Made by a program: the position numbers and the translations under genes
In this document: piece after piece, positions 28,169 through 37,327 of the stretch
Layout: each line of letters opens with the position of its first letter
Position numbering within the stretch: position 1 is the first letter of the stretch
Source: Armatimonadota bacterium
GTDB taxonomy: Bacteria; Armatimonadota; Fimbriimonadia; Fimbriimonadales; GBS-DC
DNA: 52,071 bases
NCBI GenBank assembly: GCA_037444405.1
Contig: JBBIML010000020.1
Span: forward strand, 1 to 52,071
Direction of reading: 5' to 3'
Notes under the pieces: model-generated
Databases searched by the model: none
Told to the model about the DNA's origin: nothing
Seen by the model: the letters and a program-made list of their open reading frames with translations, nothing else

Positions 28169-28274
28169 GACCGTTTCATAGGAATGACCTTAGCCGTCGC
28201 GAAAAACGGAATGCTCGATCGCCCCAATCGAACTTGCAATCGTACGGTGGGGGTAGGGTATAATACCTCCCAGA

Positions 28275-28349
28275 GCCGACGTAGCTCAGCGGTAGAGCGG
28301 CGCACTCGTAATGCGCAGGCCGTGGGTTCGAGTCCCACCGTCGGCTCCA
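28275..28349 (+). tRNA. tRNA-Thr(CGT)
   Basis: Acceptor stem GCCGACG/CGTCGGC, anticodon arm GCGCA-CTCGTAA-TGCGC, GTTCGAG T-loop, encoded CCA; TATAAT at 28259-28264. Confidence 0.97.
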
Positions 28350-28448
28350 TTCCCCCCCTTGCTGTCTCCAGAGAACCGCCCGCAAAGCCGATATTTTTGA
28401 CAGGTCGGCAGGAGAGAGGCAGTGTGGCACGAATCTGCATCTGCACCG

Positions 28449-29087
28449 ATGGACGACCAGGCAAGCGGTCTGCGACGGCGAATCCGGGAGCGGAGCGGAG
28501 CGAGCGGCAAGGGCGTGGTCACCATGCCCCCTGAAAAGGACGCCATCCCACTGGTGAAAACGCATCTGCGCATCGGCGGTGGAGCCATCTTCATACCGTC
28601 GGGCAGCCTGGTGTGGCACTGGCGTCGCGCGCCCCACGCCGCCAGCGGCTGGGACCTGCAGGCGCGCCTGCATGTGTGCGGGCTACCCCATCAGTTCAGC
28701 ACGGTTCAACTGAGCCAGTGGCGCTACCTGTGCCCTGAATGGCATCTGCTGGGCAACACGCCCGAGCTGCTGATGCTGAGCGATGTCGCCATCCTGTGGT
28801 TGCCTGCCGATGGCAACCCTGCCTCTTTGCTGCCGCTGCTGCGCCGCTGGCATGCATGGCTCTGCAGAATCCGCCCCGAACTCCCGATAATTTTAACAGG
28901 CGTGCCCCCCACTATCGGGCGCCGTCTGATGCACTGGGCAGGAAATCAGGTGCAATGGCTCCTCGATGAAGACGCGCTGTGCGCCGTGCAGCAACCGTCG
29001 GGATACTACCGCTTGTTAGCGCGCTGCCGGGACCATCCCGCGCAGCCTTACAGACCGACGCCGACGAACGGAGGAACACAACGATGA
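28449..29087 (+). CDS. Hypothetical protein, possible degenerate FlhG/MinD relic
   Basis: N-terminal MDDQASGLRR and ASGKGVVT resemble the FlhG DQAxxLR motif and a broken P-loop; ATGA overlap with glgA. Confidence 0.5.
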   Translation: MDDQASGLRRRIRERSGASGKGVVTMPPEKDAIPLVKTHLRIGGGAIFIPSGSLVWHWRRAPHAASGWDLQARLHVCGLPHQFSTVQLSQWRYLCPEWHLLGNTPELLMLSDVAILWLPADGNPASLLPLLRRWHAWLCRIRPELPIILTGVPPTIGRRLMHWAGNQVQWLLDEDALCAVQQPSGYYRLLARCRDHPAQPYRPTPTNGGTQR

Positions 29088-30565
29088 CCGAACCGATGCG
29101 GATTCTCTTTGCTGCGGCGGAGATGGCGCCCCTGGCGAAGGTGGGCGGGCTTGCCGATGTCGCTGGCAGCCTGCCCAAAGCGCTCAACGCGCGCGGACAC
29201 GACGCGCGCATCATCCTGCCCGCCTACCCGCTGATTCTCAACAACCCGCGCTGGCAGGCGGAACCCCTTTTTGAGCTGAGCGTGCCCATCCATCCGCGCT
29301 GGCAGGAAGCCGTCACCGTCTATCAGCTGCAACTTGGTTCCCTGACCGTCTACCTGCTGGAAAGCCGCTGGTTCAGCGAAGCGACCGAACCGACGCGCAT
29401 CTACGCCGCAGACCCCCGCGCCTACATCGTTTTCTGTCGGGCGGTGGTCGCCTTCATCGAGCATTATGCCGACCGCTGGCTGCCGCAAATTGTGCATTGC
29501 AACGACTGGCACACCGCGCTGATACCCGTCTATCTGCGCACGCGAACCAGCCTTCCTGAAACGCCCGGTTGCCTGTTCACCATTCACAACCTGGCGTATC
29601 AGGGCGTGTTCGACGCCGAACTGTTTAAAGAGACGGGACTGCCGCCCGAGCTGTTCAGCGTGGACGGACTGGAGTTCTTCGGGCGGTTCAACTTCATGAA
29701 GGGCGGGCTGCTGTTCAGCGACCATGTGAACACGGTCAGCCCGACCTATGCCCGCGAGATTCAGACCCCCGAGTATGGCGAGCGGCTCGAAGGGCTGCTG
29801 CGCACCTTAGCCGAGCAGAAACGATTGAGCGGTATTCTGAATGGCATCGACACCGAGGAATGGAACCCCGAAACCGACCCGCTGATTCCCGCCCGCTACA
29901 GTGCGAACGACCTGTCGGGTAAGGCGGTGTGCAAGAGCCAACTCCAGCAGGCGTGCGGCTGGGCTGCCAGCCCGGAGCGCGCCGTGATCGGGCTAGTCTC
30001 ACGCCTCACTGACCAGAAGGGGCTTGACCTCATCAAAGCGATTGGTGCCAAGATTCTGCAGCTGCCTGTGCAGCTCGTGTTGCTGGGCACAGGCGATCCC
30101 GCCTATGAACGCTACTTCCGCCTGCTGCAGAAGCGCCATCGCGCGAAGGTGCATGCCACCATCGGCTTCGATAACAACCGGGCACACCAGATTTACGCGG
30201 GCGCCGATCTGTTCCTGATGCCCTCGCGCTTCGAACCGTGCGGTCTGGGTCAATTAATCAGCCTGCGATATGGAACAATCCCCGTTGTGCGATACACAGG
30301 CGGGCTGGCGGACACCATCACCGACTATGACCCGATAAGCGGCACGGGCAACGGCTTCGTGTTCAGGGACTATAAACCCGCGTCCCTGTACGAGGCGATT
30401 GAGCGCGCCGTGCGCTGTTTCGAGCAACCGGCGCGATGGCAGGCGCTCGTGCAGGCGGCGATGCGTCAGGACTGGTCGTGGAACCGCTCGGCGCAGGAAT
30501 ATGAGGCGCTCTATGAGCGTATCGGGCAAAGCCGCGCCGAGCGGGCGCTGAGCGCGGTGTCTTAA
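29084..30565 (+). CDS. glgA: Glycogen synthase
   Basis: AEMAPLAKVGGLADV, VHCNDWHT, FTIHNLAYQG and LMPSRFEPCGL. Confidence 0.97.
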   Translation: MTEPMRILFAAAEMAPLAKVGGLADVAGSLPKALNARGHDARIILPAYPLILNNPRWQAEPLFELSVPIHPRWQEAVTVYQLQLGSLTVYLLESRWFSEATEPTRIYAADPRAYIVFCRAVVAFIEHYADRWLPQIVHCNDWHTALIPVYLRTRTSLPETPGCLFTIHNLAYQGVFDAELFKETGLPPELFSVDGLEFFGRFNFMKGGLLFSDHVNTVSPTYAREIQTPEYGERLEGLLRTLAEQKRLSGILNGIDTEEWNPETDPLIPARYSANDLSGKAVCKSQLQQACGWAASPERAVIGLVSRLTDQKGLDLIKAIGAKILQLPVQLVLLGTGDPAYERYFRLLQKRHRAKVHATIGFDNNRAHQIYAGADLFLMPSRFEPCGLGQLISLRYGTIPVVRYTGGLADTITDYDPISGTGNGFVFRDYKPASLYEAIERAVRCFEQPARWQALVQAAMRQDWSWNRSAQEYEALYERIGQSRAERALSAVS

Positions 30566-30595
30566 GTCCCTGCCTGGAGGCTCGAATGCGCAGGT

Positions 30596-30862
30596 ATGAA
30601 CTGGACAATCGTGCCCCGCATCACAGGGGGAATCGGGTGTATGCTGGTGCTTGTGCTGGGCATCGCGACGGGCGCCGACCCGCTGCTTTGCACCCTGCGA
30701 GGGCTGATCGGCGGGATGGTAGGCTGGGTCGCGGGCGCACTGTGGGCGTTTGTGATGTGCCGCCTCGAACCGCCCGAAACACCTGCCGATACCCTTCCCA
30801 CACCCGATGCCACCCCGCACGAGACGGCTGACGGGACCGACTCGGAAGCCGAAGCGGCATGA
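30596..30862 (+). CDS. Small two-TM membrane protein upstream of the sigma factor gene
   Basis: Two hydrophobic segments and an acidic tail; fits between glgA and fliA. Confidence 0.65.
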   Translation: MNWTIVPRITGGIGCMLVLVLGIATGADPLLCTLRGLIGGMVGWVAGALWAFVMCRLEPPETPADTLPTPDATPHETADGTDSEAEAA

Positions 30863-30889
30863 AGCAATCATCCGCAGAGGGAGGCGGCA

Positions 30890-31651
30890 ATGGACGCAAT
30901 CCAAATTCAGGAGGCATGGAGACGCTTCAAAATCTACGGCGATCAGGCAGCGCGTGAGCAACTCATCAAGCAGTATGCGCATCTGGTCAAACTGACCGTC
31001 GCCCGAATCGTGCCGTACCCGCCCGCCGGCATGGAATGGGAAGATTTGTATAGCTACGGCACGATTGGGCTTATCAAAGCGGTGGATCAGTTTGACCCCA
31101 CCCGCAATGTGAAGTTTGAGACCTACGCGATTGCACTGATTCGGGGCGCGGTGCTGGAAGCGCTGCGCAGCGAGGACTGGGTGCCCCGCTCCGCCCGCGA
31201 CAAACTGCGCCAGTTAGAACGCGCATGGATCCATCTGGAGGCGCAGCTGGGACGACCACCAACCGACGAGGAGACCGCGCAGGCGCTCGGCATCTCGCTG
31301 CAGGAGTACCGCCAGCTGCTCCTCGACTACGCCCGCACGAACATGGTCTCTCTGGAGGCGTGCATCATCAACGGCGACGAGGAGGAACCCACCTCGCTCA
31401 TCGATGTGATTGCCTCTTCGGAAGACCCTTACGAGGACCTCGCGGAGCGCGAGCAGATTCGCGCGCTGAACGAGGCGTTCAATCAGCTCTCGGAGCGCGA
31501 GCGCACGGTCATCGCGCTCTACTACTATGAGGGGCTGACTTTCAAGGAGATCGGGCAAGTGCTGAACATCTCCGAGTCGCGGGTCTATCAGTTGCACACG
31601 CGCGCAATCGCCCGCATGCGCGAGCTGCTGTGCGGCACGCTGGAGGTTTGA
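30890..31651 (+). CDS. fliA: RNA polymerase sigma factor, FliA/WhiG (sigma-28) family
   Basis: VKFETYA..IRGAVL..LR..DWVPRS and LYYYEGLTFKEIGQVLNISESRVYQLH. Confidence 0.93.
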   Translation: MDAIQIQEAWRRFKIYGDQAAREQLIKQYAHLVKLTVARIVPYPPAGMEWEDLYSYGTIGLIKAVDQFDPTRNVKFETYAIALIRGAVLEALRSEDWVPRSARDKLRQLERAWIHLEAQLGRPPTDEETAQALGISLQEYRQLLLDYARTNMVSLEACIINGDEEEPTSLIDVIASSEDPYEDLAEREQIRALNEAFNQLSERERTVIALYYYEGLTFKEIGQVLNISESRVYQLHTRAIARMRELLCGTLEV

Positions 31652-31699
31652 GCCATCTAACAGGAATCACGCCGTTCGAGCGCGAACTTCCTGCACAAG

Positions 31700-32035
31700 A
31701 TGGGAAGCGACGCTCGGTTCGATACGCTACCGCCCCTGCTGAATGTGGGCTTCTATAACTTTGTGCTGACGCACAAGATTGTGGCGCTGGTGTGCTGCGA
31801 TTCGGCGCCCATCAAGCGGCTGGTGCAACAGTTGCGCCATGAGGGCACGCGCCTGATCGACGCCACGCAGGGTCGGCGCACACGCTGCGTGATATTTTTA
31901 GATAGCGGGCAGGTGGTGCTGTCCGCCCTCTCGCAGGAAACGCTCGCCAAACGCCTGCTGCGCGCCGAGCTGGCCCTCGCCGACGAACGCGAGCCGACCA
32001 CCAGCGCGCTCACCCCTGACCCCGAAAACGGCTAA
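31700..32035 (+). CDS. RemA/DUF370 family regulator
   Basis: LLNVGFYNFV, DSAPIKRL, LIDATQGRRTR and VVLSALSQETL. Confidence 0.9.
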   Translation: MGSDARFDTLPPLLNVGFYNFVLTHKIVALVCCDSAPIKRLVQQLRHEGTRLIDATQGRRTRCVIFLDSGQVVLSALSQETLAKRLLRAELALADEREPTTSALTPDPENG

Positions 32036-32073
32036 GGGCAATCCGCCGGAGCCGCTGGCGCTGGTAAGCCGCA

Positions 32074-32421
32074 CTACTCCTCCACCGGCGAGAAGTAGAT
32101 GACCGTAACCAGGTCATCGGGGCTGACGGGGCGGTCGTAAATGCGTTCCAGCAGCGCGATCACATCGTCCACGCTGCGGAACTCCGGGTTCTCCCGCTCA
32201 ATATCGCGCGGCGTCAGATCGGAAATGGGCTTCACCTCCACCCGATCCAGGATCGCCGTGAATAGCTTCTTGCGCTTGCCAAACCGCTGACCAACCGTGA
32301 TCCAGACAATCTGACCCGTCCGATACTTGTTCGACTTATCGCCCAGACGGATGGTCGCCGTCTTGCGCAACGAACGCAACATGTCCGCATAGAGATCCGT
32401 GTAGAAGTTCAGCGCAAACAT
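32074..32421 (-). CDS. ASCH domain (PUA-like RNA-binding) protein
   Basis: KTATIRLGD...VEVKPISDLT..DIERE...VTVIYF. Confidence 0.8.
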   Translation of the reverse strand: MFALNFYTDLYADMLRSLRKTATIRLGDKSNKYRTGQIVWITVGQRFGKRKKLFTAILDRVEVKPISDLTPRDIERENPEFRSVDDVIALLERIYDRPVSPDDLVTVIYFSPVEE

Positions 32422-32521
32422 CGCATGCATCCCTCACCTGTCGTTCCATACAACCGATTCGATTCATCAATTGTACCTCCTGCCAGCCGGGGTATATTAA
32501 TGCCTGACGGAGGAAACAACG

Positions 32522-32968
32522 ATGCACAGGATAGAGAAGCGTGTGGCAGTTAACGCCAATCCGGAGCGAACTTTCGCGGTGCTGCAACAGGTCGAGGCGT
32601 TCCCGCAGTTTCTGCCCTATGTGAAGAGCGTGCGGGTGGTGCAGCAGGCGGAGCCAACGACGGTGCTGGACTGGGTGGTGGTGGCGCCCGGCGTGGGCGT
32701 CGAGGTGCGCTGGCGCTCCCAGCAGACGGTTCACCCACACGAGCAGCGCATCACTTTCCGACCTGAAGGCGACGCGCTGGTGCAGCTCACGGGCGAATGG
32801 CGCGTGTTGCCCGACGGCGCAGGCAGCATTCTGGAATCGCGCATCGAGTACGAAGCAAAGGTGCCACCCATCTTCATCGCGGTCGCCCAGAAAGCCGTCG
32901 ATGAGATTATCACCGGCTGGCTCAACGGCTTCAAGGGACGGGCGGAGGCGTCCGATGGCGAAAGTTGA
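32522..32968 (+). CDS. SRPBCC/polyketide-cyclase family protein
   Basis: VEAFPQFLPYVKSV and LTGEWRV. Confidence 0.85.
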   Translation: MHRIEKRVAVNANPERTFAVLQQVEAFPQFLPYVKSVRVVQQAEPTTVLDWVVVAPGVGVEVRWRSQQTVHPHEQRITFRPEGDALVQLTGEWRVLPDGAGSILESRIEYEAKVPPIFIAVAQKAVDEIITGWLNGFKGRAEASDGES

Positions 32969-33407
32969 GCTGGAACAGATTATCCGCGCGCCGGTGGAGC
33001 GCGTGTACGCCGTCGCGCGGGATGTGGAAGCCTTCCCGCAGTTCATGCCCGATGTGAAGGCGGTGCACATCCTCGAAAAGAGCGACGATGGCAGCCGCAC
33101 GCTCACCGAATGGACCGCCTATGCCTCCCAGCTGCGCCTGCAGGTGCGCTGGATCGAAGAAGACCTCTGGAACGACGCCGAGCGCACCTGCCACTTCCGA
33201 CAGGTGAAGGGCGATTATGATCGCATGGAGGGCGTCTGGCGATTCGAGCCGCACCCCGACGGCACGCGCTTCTACTGCGAGCTGGATTACGAACTGCATG
33301 TGCCCTTGCTGGGACCCATCGTGCAGAAGGTCGTGCATCATCTGGTGGTGCAGAACCTGAAGGGGATTATGGAGGGCATCCAACGCCGCGCCGAAAGCGG
33401 TGAATAA
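32955..33407 (+). CDS. SRPBCC/polyketide-cyclase family protein (tandem paralog)
   Basis: APVERVYAVARDVEAFPQFMPDVKAV and GDYDRMEGVWRF. Confidence 0.88.
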   Translation: MAKVELEQIIRAPVERVYAVARDVEAFPQFMPDVKAVHILEKSDDGSRTLTEWTAYASQLRLQVRWIEEDLWNDAERTCHFRQVKGDYDRMEGVWRFEPHPDGTRFYCELDYELHVPLLGPIVQKVVHHLVVQNLKGIMEGIQRRAESGE

Positions 33408-33409
33408 GA

Positions 33410-34177
33410 ATGGACTGGCTGCGTCAGCTTTTGCAGGGGGTACAGGCGGGCACGCTCAGCATCGAGGCGGCGCTCCAGCAGCTGCGCGACCTGCCGTACG
33501 AAACGCTGGAGTTCGCCCGCATCGACCATCACCGCGCCCTGCGCAAGGGCTTCCCCGAAGTGGTGCTGGGACACGGCAAGACGCCCGAACAGGTGGCAAC
33601 CATCGTGGAGCGACTAACAGCGCGTGGGCGCGTGCTAGCGACCCGCATCACGCCCGAGCAGTACGCCGCGGTGCAGGCGCGTGTTCCCGATGCGCGCTAT
33701 CACCCCGACGCACGGCTGATCACGGTGGGCGAGTTCCCGAACCCACCTGAACAGCCTTACGGCGTGGTAGTCTCGGCGGGCACTGCCGATCTGCCTGTGG
33801 CGCAGGAGGCGGCGCTCACCGCGCGGTTTCTGGGCGCACGCGTCGAAACGCTGTTCGATGTGGGCGTGGCGGGCGTGCATCGGCTGCTGGATCACCGCAC
33901 GCTGTTGATGGACGCGAGCGCGATTGTGGTGGTGGCGGGCATGGAGGGCGCCCTGCCCAGCGTGGTGGGCGGGCTGGTTCCCTGCCCCGTGATTGCAGTG
34001 CCCACCAGCGTCGGCTACGGCGCGCATTTTGGCGGGCTGGCCCCCCTGCTGACCATGCTCAACACCTGCGCCCCCGGCGTGTGCGTGGTCAACATCGACA
34101 ACGGCTTCGGTGCCGGCTACCTGCTCGCGCTCATCCTGCGTTCTGCTGGAGCCACTCTCCAGTCGCCCACTCCCTAA
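33410..34177 (+). CDS. larB: Nickel-pincer cofactor biosynthesis protein LarB (PurE-like)
   Basis: FARIDHHR..RKGFPEV, SAGTADLPVA, DVGVAGVHRL, AGMEGALPSVVGGL, PTSVGYG and VVNIDNGFGA. Confidence 0.95.
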   Translation: MDWLRQLLQGVQAGTLSIEAALQQLRDLPYETLEFARIDHHRALRKGFPEVVLGHGKTPEQVATIVERLTARGRVLATRITPEQYAAVQARVPDARYHPDARLITVGEFPNPPEQPYGVVVSAGTADLPVAQEAALTARFLGARVETLFDVGVAGVHRLLDHRTLLMDASAIVVVAGMEGALPSVVGGLVPCPVIAVPTSVGYGAHFGGLAPLLTMLNTCAPGVCVVNIDNGFGAGYLLALILRSAGATLQSPTP

Positions 34178-35286
34178 ATCTGGAACGGCTGCTCGCGCAA
34201 GCGCGCACCGGATAGCAGCCCCACCGCCCCACACGCCGTGAGCAACATACTGCCGCCCAGACTCACAAAGGGCAACGGGATGCCCACCACCGGGAACAGC
34301 CCCACCGTCATGCCCACATTCGTCAGCAGGTGAAACAGGAACAGAAACAGAATCCCACCTGCCATCAGCCGGTAGAACTCGTGGCGGGCGCCGATCATCA
34401 CGCGCCAGATTCGATACAGAAACTGCCCATAGAGCGCAAGGAAACCGACCGCGCCCACGAACCCGCCCTCCTCGCCCACCACCACGAAGATAAAATCGGT
34501 GTGCTGTTCGGGGATATAGCGCAGGTTCTTCTGCGTGCCGTGCAAGTAGCCCTTGCCAGTGAGCTGCCCGCTCCCGATGGCGATTCGCGACTGCAGGATA
34601 TGATAGCCGCTCTGCTGGGGGTCCGCCTCAGGGTTCAGGAAGGAGACCAGCCGCGCCTTCTGATAGTCCTTGAGCAGGTTGAAATGCCACATCGCGCCGA
34701 AGGCAAGCACGCCTGCCAGCGCGGTCAGCGCGAGCCAGCGTAACGGCGCACCCGCTAAGAAGACCATCCCGAACCAGAGCGCGCCCAGCACAATCGAAGT
34801 GCCCAAATCGGGCTGCTTGAACACCAGCAGGGCAGGCAGCGCCACATGCACCAGACTCACCAAAAAGCCGCGTGGGGTGCGCAAAGTTGCGCCCATGCGC
34901 GCGAGCAGGCTTGCTAATGTGAGAATCAATAGCAGTTTCGCGAACTCCGACGGCTGCACCTGAAAGCCGCCGGGCAGCTCCAGCCAGCGCTGTGCCCCCT
35001 TGCGCTCCGCACCAATCAAGTCGACCAGCAGCAACATCGCCAGGTTAAGCAGGTAGAGCCAGCGGGAGTGGCGCATCCAGACGGCAGGATCAATCACCGT
35101 CAGCGCGCCCATCGCGATTAACCCCAGCATCAGCCAGACCAGCTGCCGCCGAAACAGCTCGGGCGCCCACGGATAGGTCGCGCTGTAGAGGACTGCCAGC
35201 CCCGCCCCCGCCAGCGCCAGCGTCGTTAGCAACAGAGGGATGTCCAGCGGCTTCAGATGGCGTCGCGCCTGCTCCACACCCACCAT
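34174..35286 (-). CDS. rodA: Rod shape-determining protein RodA (SEDS family)
   Basis: GAQRW, QPSEFAKL, QPDLGT, SRIAIGSG, PEQHTDFIF and GIPLPFVSLGGS. Confidence 0.93.
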   Translation of the reverse strand: MVGVEQARRHLKPLDIPLLLTTLALAGAGLAVLYSATYPWAPELFRRQLVWLMLGLIAMGALTVIDPAVWMRHSRWLYLLNLAMLLLVDLIGAERKGAQRWLELPGGFQVQPSEFAKLLLILTLASLLARMGATLRTPRGFLVSLVHVALPALLVFKQPDLGTSIVLGALWFGMVFLAGAPLRWLALTALAGVLAFGAMWHFNLLKDYQKARLVSFLNPEADPQQSGYHILQSRIAIGSGQLTGKGYLHGTQKNLRYIPEQHTDFIFVVVGEEGGFVGAVGFLALYGQFLYRIWRVMIGARHEFYRLMAGGILFLFLFHLLTNVGMTVGLFPVVGIPLPFVSLGGSMLLTACGAVGLLSGARLREQPFQI

Positions 35287-35368
35287 AACCCCCATTTTAC
35301 CCCCTGCAATCCTGACGGTTTCGCCCCACAGGCGTGTTCTGGACGCCCACATGTGCTATAATAGAGCG

Positions 35369-37279
35369 ATGGAGAGGAGAGTCGGTATGAGGCGCTTATG
35401 GGTGTTCGGATGGCTCGTACTGTTGTGCGGCGCGGTGGGCGCTCAGGAGCCACCCCTGATCAACTACGCCGCCGGGGTTGGCGAGTTTGAAAGCGATGAA
35501 CTGCCGCCTGGCTTCGGCTTGCAGTTTGGCGACGGAATCTCTGACGATGTCGATGTGTACTACAGCTCAGGTGCGAATCAATTTTTTAACTTTGCCATTG
35601 ACACTGACGAAAAGATCAGCGGCGCTGGCAGCCAGCGTATCACCTTCTCTCGAACGGGCAGCAGCAGCGCAACTGCCGCGCTGAGCGTACCCCTCTACTT
35701 CCCCTCCGAGGACTATCCGCAGGTGGGTGAAACCATTCGCATCAGCTTCTGGTTCAAAACCAGCAACTGGACCAACGCGCGGCTGCGCCTGCTGGCACGG
35801 GGTCTGGACGGGCAGTCGCCCACCACCGAACTCATCTCCCGAACCGACCCAGCCCCCACATGGACTCGACTGGAAGCCACCTATGTCGTGCCCAGCTCCA
35901 ACCCACAGGGGGTCGACATCCGCCTGGAAATTGCTCTCCTGGATGGCACTTCGACAGGCACACTCTGGCTCGATAATCTGGAAGTGTACGGCAGCAAGCG
36001 TTGGCGCACCCGCCCGCCGCGCTCCTTCAAAATCTTCACCTACTACAATCCCTTCGCGCCCGATGCGAACGCTGACTGGATTTACTATGCACGCGAGTTC
36101 GACATGGTGGGCGTGTTTTTCGGAACCGTCGAACTCCGCCGCATGCTGACCTATCGCCCCGATCTCAAAACGACCACCTACTATCTCGGCTTTGTGAGTG
36201 AGAATGGCAGCGGAACGGAGACCGCTGTTCGAGATCCGTTCGATTATCATTATTGCGACCAGTATTATCCAGAATGGTTCTTGCTGAATTTTTCCGGTCA
36301 GCGCCTGCGCTATGCCTCAACAACCTATTTCATGGATGTTGGCAATCCTGACTGCGCGCGCCATGCCGCACGGCGAATCTATGCGCGTATGGCTAAATCG
36401 AACCTTGCCTTCTACTCGATCAAGCTTGACCATTTCATCAGTTTCATCTCGAGTATGGTAGGTTGCGCTCGATATCCCACACGCGCCAGCCGTATCGCCG
36501 CGGTGACCAAATACCTCATGACGCTTAAGAGAGAGTTACAGGATTTCGGTCCCCCAATGCTGGTTTGTAATGTAGCAGGGAGAACCTTTTCACGCGAATG
36601 GATTCATACCTATCTCATTCGTCAGGGGCTATACGATGGTATTTTATATGAGCAAGCGTTTACTCGCATTTTCAACGTTCCAGCCGACTATGTGGCATAC
36701 ACATACTGGGACGATGCACTCAGAACCCTGGTCGAGTTCGAAAATACAATCCGCATCTACTATTCAGGATACACACTCAATCCAGCGCGGATGCGACCGA
36801 TGAAGCTTTATGCGATGGCGAGCTTTCTGCTCGGTTGCAACGACCTTGCCTTTATCTACCTCGACAAGCACTATTATGAAGGTCAGCCTTTCGGTCGTCA
36901 GCGCGTGTGGCGCCCCGACGCCGATTATGATGTGCCGCTGGGGCAACCGACGGGACCCTATGAAGTTTATTTCCGCAGTAACGATTATCGCGGTGGGTTA
37001 TATTATCGTCCGTTCCAGAATGGCTTCGTGCTGGTCAACCCAACGGGCAATATCTCACCCTACTGGAAGGACGGCGCGGTGTTCACATGGGTGCTGGATG
37101 ACACTTACTATGAATGGGTCACACAACAGAGCTATCCTGCTGGCACGCGCATTAAACTCTATCCCAAGCAGGCGCGAATCTTCATTCGACAGCAGGGGCT
37201 GACAGCCCCGCCAGGTGACGGACAGGGTGCCCTACCACCTGCCAAAAAGCCTCAACCAGCACCAGGCATGTCGAAATAA
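35369..37279 (+). CDS. Secreted protein with a CBM-like domain and a putative glycoside hydrolase (GHL15-like) domain
   Basis: Signal peptide; jelly-roll-like region ending GTLWLDNLEV; YFMDVGNP and LGQPTGPY..GLYYRPFQNGFVLVNPT. Start 35369 or 35387. Confidence 0.65.
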   Translation: MERRVGMRRLWVFGWLVLLCGAVGAQEPPLINYAAGVGEFESDELPPGFGLQFGDGISDDVDVYYSSGANQFFNFAIDTDEKISGAGSQRITFSRTGSSSATAALSVPLYFPSEDYPQVGETIRISFWFKTSNWTNARLRLLARGLDGQSPTTELISRTDPAPTWTRLEATYVVPSSNPQGVDIRLEIALLDGTSTGTLWLDNLEVYGSKRWRTRPPRSFKIFTYYNPFAPDANADWIYYAREFDMVGVFFGTVELRRMLTYRPDLKTTTYYLGFVSENGSGTETAVRDPFDYHYCDQYYPEWFLLNFSGQRLRYASTTYFMDVGNPDCARHAARRIYARMAKSNLAFYSIKLDHFISFISSMVGCARYPTRASRIAAVTKYLMTLKRELQDFGPPMLVCNVAGRTFSREWIHTYLIRQGLYDGILYEQAFTRIFNVPADYVAYTYWDDALRTLVEFENTIRIYYSGYTLNPARMRPMKLYAMASFLLGCNDLAFIYLDKHYYEGQPFGRQRVWRPDADYDVPLGQPTGPYEVYFRSNDYRGGLYYRPFQNGFVLVNPTGNISPYWKDGAVFTWVLDDTYYEWVTQQSYPAGTRIKLYPKQARIFIRQQGLTAPPGDGQGALPPAKKPQPAPGMSK

Positions 37280-37287
37280 GCGATCAG

Positions 37288-37323
37288 GAACGGGGATGAG
37301 CAGTGCATCGCTCATCCCCGTTC
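37288..37323. terminator. Hairpin between convergent genes (probable terminator)
   Basis: 14-bp perfect stem GAACGGGGATGAGC/GCTCATCCCCGTTC. Confidence 0.7.
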
Positions 37324-37327
37324 ATTT

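Noticed and set aside
28275..28349. Integrated element at tRNA-Thr
   Set aside because: No integrase and no duplicated tRNA 3' end seen in the window.
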